Shown in pieces: positions 9,049-19,557 of a stretch of DNA of 64,000 nt (the first letter of the stretch is position 1; every line of letters starts with the position of its first letter). This DNA is from an uncultured Pseudobdellovibrionaceae bacterium. GTDB lineage: Bacteria; Bdellovibrionota; Bdellovibrionia; Bdellovibrionales; UBA1609. Under the pieces are notes generated by a model. The model was not told where the DNA came from. It saw only the letters and a program-made list of their open reading frames with translations, and made no database searches. The translations under genes and the position numbers were made by a program. Location: assembly GCA_963803705.1 (NCBI GenBank), contig CAWDNU010000004.1, positions 288,001-352,000 of the forward strand. Direction: 5' to 3'.

Positions 9049-9642
9049 ATGAACAAAATAATTCAAATTTTAGTTATCTTATCCGGCTTCTGGGGTCTTA
9101 CAGCTTCTGCAGATTCTGAAAATTTATGTGTGAAACAACTAAGTTTGAAAATAGTTACTATGGATGATTTGGTCAGTCTGGATAACACGCTAGAGACACC
9201 ATTTATGTCCGTTATAGAGGCAAGCTACATAGAGCCCGCCTATTGGATGTTGTTTCACAAAAACTTGATCAATAAAGTAACTAAAAATTTAAGAGAAAAT
9301 TCGGACTATGTTTCTAATTTGCCCCCGGAGTATATTGGTATAATACTTCAAGTTTTTTACCGTTATCAAGAGCTTGCCTCTGCTAGTGGCTATGGTGGTA
9401 AGGCTGTGTTGACTGCGTTAACTGATCCCGAGATATTAACCCTTGCTGTCCTAGAATATAACGAAAACAAAAGCGTTCAGAGCGCTAAACAAGCGCTCAG
9501 ACGAATGCGAGAGATCAAACCTGCCGTAATACTTAGGTTTGAACGAACACTAAGACACATGGTTACCTTTCTACAAGCAAGTGGTGATTTCGAAGCCTCT
9601 TACCGTTTAATAGACATCATTAGTTTGCGAACACCTAGATAA
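9049..9642 (+). CDS. hypothetical secreted protein
   Basis: Signal peptide MNKIIQILVILSGFWGLTASA; helical-looking mature part. Confidence 0.7.
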   Translation: MNKIIQILVILSGFWGLTASADSENLCVKQLSLKIVTMDDLVSLDNTLETPFMSVIEASYIEPAYWMLFHKNLINKVTKNLRENSDYVSNLPPEYIGIILQVFYRYQELASASGYGGKAVLTALTDPEILTLAVLEYNENKSVQSAKQALRRMREIKPAVILRFERTLRHMVTFLQASGDFEASYRLIDIISLRTPR

Positions 9643-9694
9643 AATTGTTGGTTTATGTTTTTCTTAATGTAAAAAGTAACGTCTATCTTCTTAG

Positions 9695-10921
9695 TCAATC
9701 TAAAGAAACTATAGATATCTTATCGGCTCCAGTTATAGCTTTCCGGCGTGCTTCTTTTACGCTTCTGGCTTTTGCCAGACAGACCCCCATTCTTCTGTGA
9801 ACTCTGGCCTCTGGTTTACCGAATAATCGCACGTCTACATTCTTTTTTGAAAGAGCTTCGTCGACTCCGACATAGGTAAAATTTTTAGAATTTATATCAG
9901 ACAGTACCACTGCAGACGCACAGGGGCCAAATGTTTCAATTTCGGGAATGGGTAGACCTAAAACTGCTCTAGCATGCAAATCAAACTCTGATAAATTTTG
10001 CCCTATCAATGTTACAAGGCCAGTGTCATGAGGACGAGGAGATAGCTCAGAAAAATAGACGTCACTTTTCGTTAAAAAGAACTCGACTCCAAATAAACCA
10101 GACCCACCTAATTCATCAGTGATTTTCTTTGCCATCAGTTTAGCTTTTTTAAGTTGTTTTTCACTGATTTTAGCAGGCATCCAACTTTCCTGATAGTCAC
10201 CACGGACTTGCCTATGCCCAATCGGATCAACAAAAATAGTTTTAGCATTTTTTTGCTTTACCGTTAGTAAAGTAATTTCACTTTCAAATTCGATAAATTC
10301 TTCAACAATAACTTTTTTGATTTTGCCGCGCATCCCTTGCATGGCAAATAGCCATGCATTTTTTAAGTCACTTTTTGTCTTTACTATTGATTGACCTTTT
10401 CCCGAAGAAGACATCACAGGTTTAACTACACAGGGAAATCCTATATCTGCACTTTTCGTTTCAAAATCCTTAAAGTTTTCGGCATACTCATATTTGGCAG
10501 TCTTAAGTTTAATTTTCTTACTGGCTAAATCGCGGATCGCGTCTCGATTCATTGTCAAGTGAGCGGCCCTTGCTGTCGGCACCACCTGAACACCTTGGGA
10601 TTCAAAATGCCTTAGTTCTTCGGTACACAGTGATTCAATTTCTGGAACAATTATATCAGGTTTATATTTTAAAATTGTGGCTTTAAGCGCCTTTGGGTTC
10701 AGCATGTCGATGACCTCAAAGGCATGGGCCACTTGCATAGCAGGCGCATCTTTATACTTATCAACCGCAACAGTATAAAAACCTAATTTTTGACAAGATG
10801 TTAAAAACTCTTTACCAAGCTCGCCAGAACCTAAAACCATAATTCTTTTCAGAAACCTATCGCTCTTCGCTTTAATTTTTTTTCTTACACTTTTTTTTAA
10901 TTCTATTTTTTTTTGGGACAT
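9695..10921 (-). CDS. purT: formate-dependent phosphoribosylglycinamide formyltransferase
   Basis: LGSGELGKE, APAMQVAH, KPVMSSSGKGQS, ELSPRPHDTG, RRMGV. Start uncertain (10921-10939). Confidence 0.95.
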   Translation of the reverse strand: MSQKKIELKKSVRKKIKAKSDRFLKRIMVLGSGELGKEFLTSCQKLGFYTVAVDKYKDAPAMQVAHAFEVIDMLNPKALKATILKYKPDIIVPEIESLCTEELRHFESQGVQVVPTARAAHLTMNRDAIRDLASKKIKLKTAKYEYAENFKDFETKSADIGFPCVVKPVMSSSGKGQSIVKTKSDLKNAWLFAMQGMRGKIKKVIVEEFIEFESEITLLTVKQKNAKTIFVDPIGHRQVRGDYQESWMPAKISEKQLKKAKLMAKKITDELGGSGLFGVEFFLTKSDVYFSELSPRPHDTGLVTLIGQNLSEFDLHARAVLGLPIPEIETFGPCASAVVLSDINSKNFTYVGVDEALSKKNVDVRLFGKPEARVHRRMGVCLAKARSVKEARRKAITGADKISIVSLD

Positions 10922-10969
10922 AGGGACTCGAATTAACATAACTATTGAAAATCAACAAGATTACCCGAT

Positions 10970-11031
10970 AATTGAGTTGATATTTAAATGCGATCCAAGT
11001 TTTTAGATTGTATTTAAATATCAATTCAATT
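10970..11031 (+). promoter_or_regulatory. 26-bp inverted repeat (5' UTR hairpin) upstream of the ybjQ operon
   Basis: Arms 10970-10995 and 11006-11031 are complementary apart from three G-U pairs. Confidence 0.65.
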
Positions 11032-11042
11032 TAGGAGCCTAA

Positions 11043-11357
11043 GTGTTAGTTAGTAATATCGAGTCGATCCCGGGAAAAGAAATTCAAAGCCACTTCGGAG
11101 TAGTACAAGGCAGCAGTGTAAGAGCTAAACATGCTGGTCGTGATTTTATGGCTGGTTTAAAAAATATTTTTGGCGGTGAATTGAAAGGTTACACAGAGCT
11201 TTTAAACGAATCCAGAGACGAAGCGTTGAACCGCATGATTCAGATGGCACAGCAAAAAGGCGCGAATGCTGTGGTGAACGTCAGATTTTCAACTTCTGCC
11301 ATCGCCCCAGGTGCCGCAGAAATATTTGCTTACGGAACGGCCGTAAAGGTTATTTAA
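11043..11357 (+). CDS. YbjQ/UPF0145 family protein
   Basis: GRDFMAGLKNIFGGELKGYTELL..R.EA..RM...A...GANAVVNVRF...YGTAV. Confidence 0.93.
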   Translation: MLVSNIESIPGKEIQSHFGVVQGSSVRAKHAGRDFMAGLKNIFGGELKGYTELLNESRDEALNRMIQMAQQKGANAVVNVRFSTSAIAPGAAEIFAYGTAVKVI

Positions 11358-11358
11358 C

Positions 11359-11838
11359 ATGATCGCTCTTGTTATTATATTCACCCCGATACTGTTGGGA
11401 TTAGTTTTTGGTAAGTGGACTGAAAATAAACACCTGCAAAGTATCTTATATCGCGAGGCTAAGCTAAGTTCTTTGCCATGGCGTAACACTGGCAAAAAAG
11501 AAAAGTTTAATGAATTTAATGGTGTGATGGTGACTGGCTCAGTAGTAGTCGGCCAAGATGCATTTAAAGCTTTTTTGTCTAATATTTCATTTATATTTGG
11601 TGGCCGTGTAACGCCCTACGAGTCACTCATGGAAAGAGCCCGCAGAGAAGCAATTTTAAGACTTAAAGAAAAAGCTAAGGCTTTAGGTGCAAAAGAAGTT
11701 GTATATATCCGCATGGAAACTACAAACATCCAGGCGGCTCAAAATAAAAGAGGCGCAGGTTCAATTGAAGTTTTTTGTTTTGGAACAGCTTTGCTGAGCA
11801 AGACTGCAGTTAAAGCAAATCCACTTTTTTTAAACTAG
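11359..11838 (+). CDS. membrane-anchored YbjQ-family protein
   Basis: N-terminal TM; FGGRV..YESLMERARREAILRLKE..A...GA..V..R.ET....EVFCFGTA. Confidence 0.85.
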   Translation: MIALVIIFTPILLGLVFGKWTENKHLQSILYREAKLSSLPWRNTGKKEKFNEFNGVMVTGSVVVGQDAFKAFLSNISFIFGGRVTPYESLMERARREAILRLKEKAKALGAKEVVYIRMETTNIQAAQNKRGAGSIEVFCFGTALLSKTAVKANPLFLN

Positions 11839-11859
11839 TTTCTTCAAATAGGTTTTTTC

Positions 11860-12690
11860 GTGGATAACAATAACTCTGACAGTGACAAATGCATATCCAA
11901 GCCGGAATTTAAACCAAGCTCACCAGAACCTTTCGATATTAATATCTCTGATCTATCCGGGTACAGTACACTATCTAAGTCCATTGGCGGCATCGTGGTT
12001 CTGCTGCTGGCTATTTATTTATTAACCAGGGCGCTTATAAATCTTTCTCCTTATTTAGTTTCTGTAGAATTGGAAAATCGTATTTTTAAAAACACACACA
12101 AGATGATGTTTAAAAATGCTTATTTATCTAAGCCGCTCACCCAATTTGCAAAAAAGTTGGTACCAGAAAATAAGCAGGTTGAAGTCTTTAGAGTGGACTT
12201 AGGGATAGCCAACGCCTTTTGCTTTTTAGGCAATAAACTTTTCATCACCAATGAACTGCTTGCAAATATTCAGTCTGAAAATGAATTGGCATTTATTATA
12301 AGTCACGAATTGGGACATGCGAAAAACAGGGATAATCTGAAAAATCTAAGCGTATATTTGGTAACGGGAATGCTATTTAGCTTTGTCGACTTTTTAAAAC
12401 CCACGTCACAGTATTTAGCATTAGGTTACAGTAGATCAATGGAAGCAAAAGCCGACAAATTTGCGCTTGAATCCACAAGAAAAATGTACGGACATACGAA
12501 CGGTGTTGAGACATTTTTTGAACGGCTAAAAAAACTGAAGTTAAACGCCGCTGAAAACAGTTTTGCCGGCGAGTACCTTTCAACCCATCCTGCGATTGAA
12601 AAACGAATTGAACTTATTAAGAAAACTCAAAGTTTAGATTTTGGCAGAGCTATTTCCAGGAAAGACTCTTATATATTTAAGAAGCTTTGA
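11860..12690 (+). CDS. M48 family zinc metallopeptidase
   Basis: NAF, ELAFIISHELGH, YSRSMEAKAD, LSTHP...RI. Confidence 0.9.
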   Translation: MDNNNSDSDKCISKPEFKPSSPEPFDINISDLSGYSTLSKSIGGIVVLLLAIYLLTRALINLSPYLVSVELENRIFKNTHKMMFKNAYLSKPLTQFAKKLVPENKQVEVFRVDLGIANAFCFLGNKLFITNELLANIQSENELAFIISHELGHAKNRDNLKNLSVYLVTGMLFSFVDFLKPTSQYLALGYSRSMEAKADKFALESTRKMYGHTNGVETFFERLKKLKLNAAENSFAGEYLSTHPAIEKRIELIKKTQSLDFGRAISRKDSYIFKKL

Positions 12691-14452
12691 ACTTGATGCC
12701 TACGAAACCGCTTTGGGTGGTTCTTACAATATTTGCCTTAAACTGCTTTTTTTTCTCTTTACCGTAAATCAAATTTAAGACTAGCGAGTTAGTTGCAGCA
12801 CCTAGTTTATAAGCTCCAACGTCGCCTAGTATCTGAACGCCTGCTCCTGAAGTTGAAATATCTCTAACATTAACGGGCAAAACCCAACCATTTTCCAAGA
12901 TCATTTGCCCGGGCAAATCTATAATTTTTCGATCCTGTACCCTGTTGTTCAGCTTGTGAAACTTGTGTCTAAAAAATACGATCATTGCCAGTGGTAGCAA
13001 CAAAAACAGTATGCTGAAACTTACACCTGATTTTTGAAAGCTAGATGACGTACTTTCACCCTGTTTAAAAAGGTTTTTATTTTGATCTTCATAGAACTCA
13101 GCCATTCGTCCGCAACCTAAGCCAGAGCTAGAACTATTTGAAGACGCTAAACCTCGGGTGCCCTGGCTATATAAGGGTGTATAATCGGGCTGAAAAGTAG
13201 CGACTGCAGTTTGGTCCAAAGCTTCAAGAATTGCGCTTTCAAAGTTTATACGGCGACTACTTTTAACGAACATCGAATGGCTGGATCTGTAATCACCTTG
13301 TTCTAGAATTAATTCCTTAATTTGAAATCCCGATAAATTGGGTGCAACAGAGACAACCAGTGCCGCTAGACCTGACACAAATGGAGCAGACATGCTTGTT
13401 CCAGACATCGAAATAAACTGCCCATCAAGGCCAGTGCTGGCAATACCAACTCCTGGTGCAAAAATATCGACAGTATTTGGTCCAAAGTTCGAAAATGAGG
13501 CCCAGTTGTCGGAGCTTGTAGATGCGGCTACACTAATAAGGCTAGGAACATCCAACGAGGCCGGGTAAATTGCATCCCTGTCATTGCTGGAGCTACTGTT
13601 TCCAGCTGCTGCTACAATTACCACACCATCATCATAAGCATCGTTAAAAACTGCGTGAAGTGTCGAAGAGTAATTAGGGCCTCCCCACGAATTATTTATA
13701 ACCTTGGCCCCGCGAGCAAGAGCATAGTTAATAGCTTCTATCGCATCAGATGTTTTTCCTATGCCATTATTTAAAAATCTCAAGGGTAAAATTCTGATGT
13801 GTGGTGTCTCGTTTTGGTTAACATTAAAGATATCTTCTGAAGACCCTAAAACTATTCCCGAAACATGAGTGCCGTGTCCAGTGTCATCACTTACTACATT
13901 TGTGTTGTTTACAAAATTCCACCCATTTACGTCATCAATAAAACCGTTGCCATCGTTGTCGATTCCGTCTCCTGGAATTTCACCTGAGTTTACGAAAATA
14001 CGTGATGAATTTTGATAGACTGGGTGACTCAGGTCAATACCTGAATCAACAATAGCTACAATCGGAGTCTGATCAATATCATCAGCCGCAGCCAGAAGCC
14101 CCCAAGATTCAGGGGCTCTTATCGGCGCGGATGTCATTGTATTTGGAAGATCACTGGCATAGACATAAAAATTGGGTTCAGCGAATTCAACATTAGGATC
14201 CTCTTTTAAACTTCGAATCACTTCATTTAAATTATCACCGTCTTTTGCTTTAAAGTGGTGTAAGTTAAGCTTAGACCACGATTTTTGGCTCTTTAGCTGG
14301 TGTTGGGCCGCCAGTTTACCTTGTATAGCAAATGAGTTTCGATTTTTCTTAAATTTTACGATCAGCTCGCCTGGCACCGCATCCTTAGAATTGTAGGCAT
14401 TAGAATATGTGCAAACAAACAGGATCAGGAGCATTATCAGAATTCTTAGCAT
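12677..14452 (-). CDS. S8 subtilisin-like serine protease with TM helix and C-terminal PilZ domain
   Basis: Signal peptide, propeptide, catalytic VDSG / GHGTHVSG / GTSMSAP, AAAGN; TM FSILFLLLPLAMIVFF; RVQDR and DISTSG PilZ motifs. Confidence 0.92.
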   Translation of the reverse strand: MLRILIMLLILFVCTYSNAYNSKDAVPGELIVKFKKNRNSFAIQGKLAAQHQLKSQKSWSKLNLHHFKAKDGDNLNEVIRSLKEDPNVEFAEPNFYVYASDLPNTMTSAPIRAPESWGLLAAADDIDQTPIVAIVDSGIDLSHPVYQNSSRIFVNSGEIPGDGIDNDGNGFIDDVNGWNFVNNTNVVSDDTGHGTHVSGIVLGSSEDIFNVNQNETPHIRILPLRFLNNGIGKTSDAIEAINYALARGAKVINNSWGGPNYSSTLHAVFNDAYDDGVVIVAAAGNSSSSNDRDAIYPASLDVPSLISVAASTSSDNWASFSNFGPNTVDIFAPGVGIASTGLDGQFISMSGTSMSAPFVSGLAALVVSVAPNLSGFQIKELILEQGDYRSSHSMFVKSSRRINFESAILEALDQTAVATFQPDYTPLYSQGTRGLASSNSSSSGLGCGRMAEFYEDQNKNLFKQGESTSSSFQKSGVSFSILFLLLPLAMIVFFRHKFHKLNNRVQDRKIIDLPGQMILENGWVLPVNVRDISTSGAGVQILGDVGAYKLGAATNSLVLNLIYGKEKKKQFKANIVRTTQSGFVGIKFKAS

Positions 14453-14459
14453 ACCAAAC

Positions 14460-14487
14460 TATTCGGCTAGACTAGACTAAGAACTTA
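14460..14487 (-). promoter_or_regulatory. sigma28-like promoter of the S8 protease gene
   Basis: Minus strand TAAG-N16-GCCGAATA, 7 nt before ATG. Confidence 0.5.
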
Positions 14488-14591
14488 AAAAAAAACTTAG
14501 GAAAACGAATTAAATTGAGACATTCTAAATTTTCTTAAGAATGGTTGTTCAGAAACAACTAATGCATCATCGACCTAAAAAAAATTAAGAC

Positions 14592-16085
14592 TTAATTGTT
14601 CGAATTTAACATTGGGTTAATTTTAACGTTAATTTTCTCTCTTTGAGCCTCAAACCAATTACCTAAAGCGTAATTTTGTCTTTGACCGGAAAGAGCTTGA
14701 TATTCTGGGTTCGGATCAAGATCCATATCAAATTGACGTCTTTTGATTAAATAAGCTTTGCCCTCATTAGAAACAACCTCTGGGTAAATTTCACCATCTG
14801 TTTTCAAAGTAAGAATTTTTTCAAAGATTATATCTGCTTGACCCAAACCTGGTATGGATTCTGAGCTCAATTTAAATTCCGGAGCAGATTGCCATTTTAA
14901 GCCAAGTTTTCCCATGATCTGGTTCAATTGGACTGAAGACCCGGCCGCTGTTTTGATTTTTTCAACAACCAGGTCTGCTTGGTCAGAGCGAAGTAATTCC
15001 TTAGTAACTTGCATTTTAACATCCTCAAATCCACTTTTAGAGCCAAGTTTTTTTTCTTCCACAAGCAAACGCGCCCATCCCTGTTCAACTTTAAATGGAG
15101 CAGAAATTTCCCCTGGCTGTAACGAAAAAGCCACCTCATCCCATGCTTTGTCGAAAGTACCTTTTTCAACATAGCCAAGGTCTCCTCCAAACTTAGAGGT
15201 AGGGTCATCTGAAATCTCCTTAGCAATTTCGGAAAAGTTTTCTACAGTTAACTTATCAGTTTTATCGATTAGCTTTTTTCTCGCAATGTTAAAATCTTCA
15301 GGCGAGCCACCGTTAGCAACTACAAGTAACCACTTTGCTTTGATCTTGTCCTTAGACTGATATTTAAAAGCCTGTTGCTCGTAAAGAGCTTTTGCTCTGG
15401 CCTGGATTTTTTCATCCTTAAGTGCTTTTTTAACGTCTTCAGTTGATGGGTTGATATTTTTAACCAGGCTGGCTTTAGACAAGTCTACATAATCCATCTT
15501 AATTTTAAAGTCTAAAAGCTGACTGTAAATTGTCTTTTCAGCATTATTTGCAACAAATGCTTTAGAAAAAAGATCACGAACAATACCTAAACGTAAGTCT
15601 TTTTTGATTCTTTCTTCAAGTGCACCAGCACTCATGCCCGAATTTGCTAGATAATTTTCGTACAAGTCACGCTGAAATTTACCTTTTTCTTGAAAAGCAG
15701 GGATATCCATAATGGTCTGCGCCAAAAGCCCGTCCGAAATATATAAGCCTTCATCGTCTCGAACCTCCGTTAGTAACTCGGCATTAATTAGTTCGTTTAA
15801 TGCTTGAGACTGAAAAAACTGCTTAAACTGATCGCTGCCGTTAGGTAAAAATGCTCGGCTCTGCTCTTCTAATTGCTGTGTTCGCTGTTGCAGCTGAAGG
15901 ATGGGGATCACTTTACCACCAACAGTTGCAGCCGTTGCACTACCAGAAAGAGAACCACCACCGTTTGGAGTCATAAAAACAAAACTCATTATAATCATCC
16001 CAAAAATTATTGCTGTAACAGCAAAGGTAAAAACACTTTTGTTACTTTCAGGGCGTCGTAATCTTTGGAATATGTTTCGCTTCAT
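14592..16085 (-). CDS. ppiD: PpiD-like periplasmic chaperone / parvulin PPIase
   Basis: N-terminal TM, SurA-N-like helical domain (IPAFQEKGKF), rotamase motif FSEIAKEISDD..SKFGGDLG..GEISAP. ATG 16085 follows GAGG. Confidence 0.8.
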   Translation of the reverse strand: MKRNIFQRLRRPESNKSVFTFAVTAIIFGMIIMSFVFMTPNGGGSLSGSATAATVGGKVIPILQLQQRTQQLEEQSRAFLPNGSDQFKQFFQSQALNELINAELLTEVRDDEGLYISDGLLAQTIMDIPAFQEKGKFQRDLYENYLANSGMSAGALEERIKKDLRLGIVRDLFSKAFVANNAEKTIYSQLLDFKIKMDYVDLSKASLVKNINPSTEDVKKALKDEKIQARAKALYEQQAFKYQSKDKIKAKWLLVVANGGSPEDFNIARKKLIDKTDKLTVENFSEIAKEISDDPTSKFGGDLGYVEKGTFDKAWDEVAFSLQPGEISAPFKVEQGWARLLVEEKKLGSKSGFEDVKMQVTKELLRSDQADLVVEKIKTAAGSSVQLNQIMGKLGLKWQSAPEFKLSSESIPGLGQADIIFEKILTLKTDGEIYPEVVSNEGKAYLIKRRQFDMDLDPNPEYQALSGQRQNYALGNWFEAQREKINVKINPMLNSNN

Positions 16086-16192
16086 TTTTTTTTCCTCGTT
16101 ATGATTTAAAAATAATGCCTTAGTTTTTGATTTTAATAAAGATTTCACAGTATAATAAATAGTAATGGAGCTGCGCAGGGAAAATGAAGTAA

Positions 16193-17011
16193 GTGTATAC
16201 TAATTTTGATATTAGACGTTTTTTTGGGTTTATCTTAATTGTGGTCATTCCATTGATGACCTACAACCTAGAAGAAAATAGGTGGCAAGTGGCACATAGG
16301 CCGTTTACAGCCTCTGCACACTTTCTAATTGATTCTTTTTACAACTTCACCCAAAGCACAATTGGAACCGCTACTGATTATGTAGATCTTTTAGGCTTAA
16401 AAAAACAGCATCAGGAGTTCCGAAAACAGCTGGCTCTTCAAAAGGCCCGGATCGCAGGCTATGAATCTTTGAAATTAGAAAATGAAAAGCTGCGCACAGC
16501 ATTGGGCTTAATCCAGGACAGTCCATACAAGCTTGAGCTTGCAGAGGTCTTAAGCTTCGACGCATTACCTGATATGAGGTCTATTATTATCAATAAGGGT
16601 AGTGATCACGGCATTGAAAAAGAGATGGGGCTGCTAAGTGAGTCTGGCAATGTGGTTGGCTACATAATCCAAACTCTGAGCAAGACAAGCACAGCCCTTC
16701 TAATAACTGATAGGTACTCTGTCGTGGATGCTATGACCCAACGGTCTCGTTTCCGGGGTCTACTTGAGGGTCGAAGCGCCTACAGTTTGAGGCTTGAAAA
16801 CTTTAGGCGAGCTGATGATGTATTAAAGGGAGATTTGATTGTTACCAGCCCCTTTGGTCGAATGTTTCCAAAAGGGCTGCCAATCGGAATCGTAGAAAGT
16901 GCTAAGAACGACGCTTTCAACATAAATAAAAAGATTGTGGTTAAACCCTTACAGAGTCTAAACAAATTAGAGCGCGTTTTGGTCATCAAAAACTTTAATA
17001 AGGACTCTTAA
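16193..17011 (+). CDS. mreC: rod shape-determining protein MreC
   Basis: ENEKLR coiled coil, INKGSDHGI, LLITD, GDLIVTS..G.MFPKGLPIG.V. Confidence 0.92.
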   Translation: MYTNFDIRRFFGFILIVVIPLMTYNLEENRWQVAHRPFTASAHFLIDSFYNFTQSTIGTATDYVDLLGLKKQHQEFRKQLALQKARIAGYESLKLENEKLRTALGLIQDSPYKLELAEVLSFDALPDMRSIIINKGSDHGIEKEMGLLSESGNVVGYIIQTLSKTSTALLITDRYSVVDAMTQRSRFRGLLEGRSAYSLRLENFRRADDVLKGDLIVTSPFGRMFPKGLPIGIVESAKNDAFNINKKIVVKPLQSLNKLERVLVIKNFNKDS

Positions 17012-17015
17012 AATT

Positions 17016-17546
17016 ATGCAATCCAATACAATGCTAAGTTTAATACATTTCTTAACTTATGGTTTTATCGTGTCTATTTGCTTAGCGGTTCAAGGTGTGG
17101 TTTGGCCCGCCTTTAATTTGCCCGAACCTCAACTATGGCTGTTACCATTTGCCTTTATTATATTATATCAGAGCTTTTGGTTTGGTATTTTTTTCGTTTA
17201 CCTGACTTCAGTCGTAATCACAGGCTTTTCTGTGATGCCCTTTGGTATGTGCCTGGCCATTCTTATGATCCTGTTCATTATAATACAGTTTTTTAAACAA
17301 AGATTTTTTTGGCCCGAGTTTTCATTCTATTTTTTAGTATCTTTAAGTATTGGGTTTTTATTTCCTGTTCTTCATTTTTTACTTTCCGTTTCATCTAGAA
17401 ATACGCCAACAATTATTAAACCAGATTTTTTGGAATGGATTTATCAACCTCTTATGATAAGCGCTATGTCTATTATTCTTTTTTTCCTGTGCCGAAAGAT
17501 TGATAAGATGCTTAAAGTTAACGAAATTAATTTAAGCCGACTTTAA
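17016..17546 (+). CDS. mreD: MreD-like membrane protein
   Basis: Highly hydrophobic 176 aa between mreC and mrdA; identity rests mainly on synteny. Confidence 0.65.
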   Translation: MQSNTMLSLIHFLTYGFIVSICLAVQGVVWPAFNLPEPQLWLLPFAFIILYQSFWFGIFFVYLTSVVITGFSVMPFGMCLAILMILFIIIQFFKQRFFWPEFSFYFLVSLSIGFLFPVLHFLLSVSSRNTPTIIKPDFLEWIYQPLMISAMSIILFFLCRKIDKMLKVNEINLSRL

Positions 17547-17552
17547 CCATGA

Positions 17553-19531
17553 GTGTATATTTTTATGAAAAATGACAATGTAATTTATGATTCAGAAACG
17601 CAAATCTACAACTTGTCAGCAAGATTTTTTACTCTTTACGGATTTCTTATATTCTTTTTTGTTGTATTGTGCATTCGCCTTTGGCACCTACAAATTATCC
17701 AAGGCGACGTCTTAAAAGTTATTTCAGTTAAAAACCGAGTAAAACAAAAAAAGATTCTGTCCCCAAGAGGCTATATACTGGATCGTGAAGGCAGGGTCCT
17801 AGTAGATAATAACCTTGTGTCGCAGCTTACACTTAATCTTCAGGGTTTAGATGCCACAGAAAAAAAGTCTATAGCAAAAAAAGTTGGTAAAATCTTAGAG
17901 CTCAATGAAAAGCAAATTTACAAACGGATCAATAAAAGCATTGTCCTAAATGGAAGATATTTCCCTGCTGTCATAGCTGATAATTTAACGATTGATCAGG
18001 CATATGCGTTAAAGTTGCTTCGTATCGATCATCCATTAATAAATATAGAAGAGTTTATTTCTAGAGTTTACCCCTTCAAATCCAGTGGAACTCAACTTTA
18101 TGGTTACGTTTCCCAGGTTTCAAAGAATCAGTTGGACAATCCAGAAGTTCGAATGAAAAAGCTTGTACCAGGAGATATGATTGGGAAAAAAGGTATCGAA
18201 AAAAAATTGGATTCGACCTTCGCGGCCAAGATGGTTTAACGTATGTTCAGGTAGATGCTCATGGGCGGGTAACAGACATTGAAGATAATATTTTGGAAGG
18301 TTCGAGCTTAGACCCCATCCGTTCTAAATCAGGTAATCACGTTATGCTCACAATAGACTTGGACATTCAGGAAGTCGCAACTAAAGCCTTTCAAAGAAAC
18401 GATGCAATTGGACCAAGAATAGGTGCATTGGTTGCTCTAAATAATAAGGGTGAAGTGCTTGCCTGGGTTAGCGAACCTTCTTACGATTCTAATAAATTTG
18501 TCTATGGAATTTCAAACGATGACTGGAAAGAACTGATTCAAAATCCTTTCAAACCTTTAAGAAACAAAGTGATTCAGGATAACTTTTCACCTGGCTCTAC
18601 TTTTAAACCTTTTGTTGGCTTTGCAGCTTTGGAAAACGGCGTAATCAAACCAGAAACTTTACTTGATTCACCAGGGTATTTTAAGCTTGGCCGCCGCAAA
18701 TACCACAACCACAAAAAAGGTGGTCACGGGTTGGTTAATATTTCTACCGCCTTAGAAACATCAAGTAATGTCTTCTTTTATAAATTAGCTATGGAGCTCG
18801 GTATTAATAAGATTGCCAAATATGCCAGAGCTTTTGGCTTAGGTTCTAGAACCGACGTTGGGTTCGACGCTGAAACTACAGGCTTAATACCAGATACTAA
18901 ATGGAAGCTGAAGAACAGGAACGAGCCCTGGCAGCGTGGCGAAGACCTGGTCCACTCGGTTGGACAGGGCTTTATAGACGTTACACCTTTGCAGATGGCC
19001 TTAGCATACTTAGCTATAGGTAACGAAGGCCCAATGTATAAACCTTTGATTGTAAAAAAAATCTTTAGGGGAAGTAATCAAAAAGAAGTAATAAAAGAAT
19101 TTAAGCCTCAACTTGTAAAGGATCTTTCTAAAGAAGATGAGGATGGGTTTAAGATTTCGGCTGAATCTTTTGCGGCTATCAAAAAGGGCCTTAAATTAGT
19201 CGGTAACGGCACTAGGGGAACCGCCAAGTGGTGGAAAATCCCAGGCGTACCAATCGCTGGAAAGACTGGTACTTCGCAAGTCAGAGCATTTAGTGGCTCA
19301 GAAATTTACAAATCCTGCTTTAATCGGGTTATCACTGACAGACATCATGGTTGGTTTGTAGGTTATGCTCCAGCTGACAAGCCTGAAATTTTTGTAGCAG
19401 TTCTAACAATGCATTCGTGCCATGGAAGCACTGGTTCTGCGCCGCTCGCCCGGGATGTCATGGAGGCTTATTTGCGTAAGTACCATCCTGAACTTTTTAA
19501 AACACCCCAGGAAAAAGTGGTTGGACTGTAA
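17553..19531 (+). pseudogene. mrdA: penicillin-binding protein 2, split by a one-base frameshift near 18199-18215 (sequencing error or real)
   Basis: ORF1 has the TM and dimerisation domain (PRGYILDREG, RVYP, GKKGIEK). The other frame continues DLRGQDGLTYVQVDAHGR into ORF2, which has SPGSTFK, SSN and GKTGT motifs. Confidence 0.88.
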
Positions 19532-19557
19532 CATCTTATAATATTAGGTAGGGTTTA

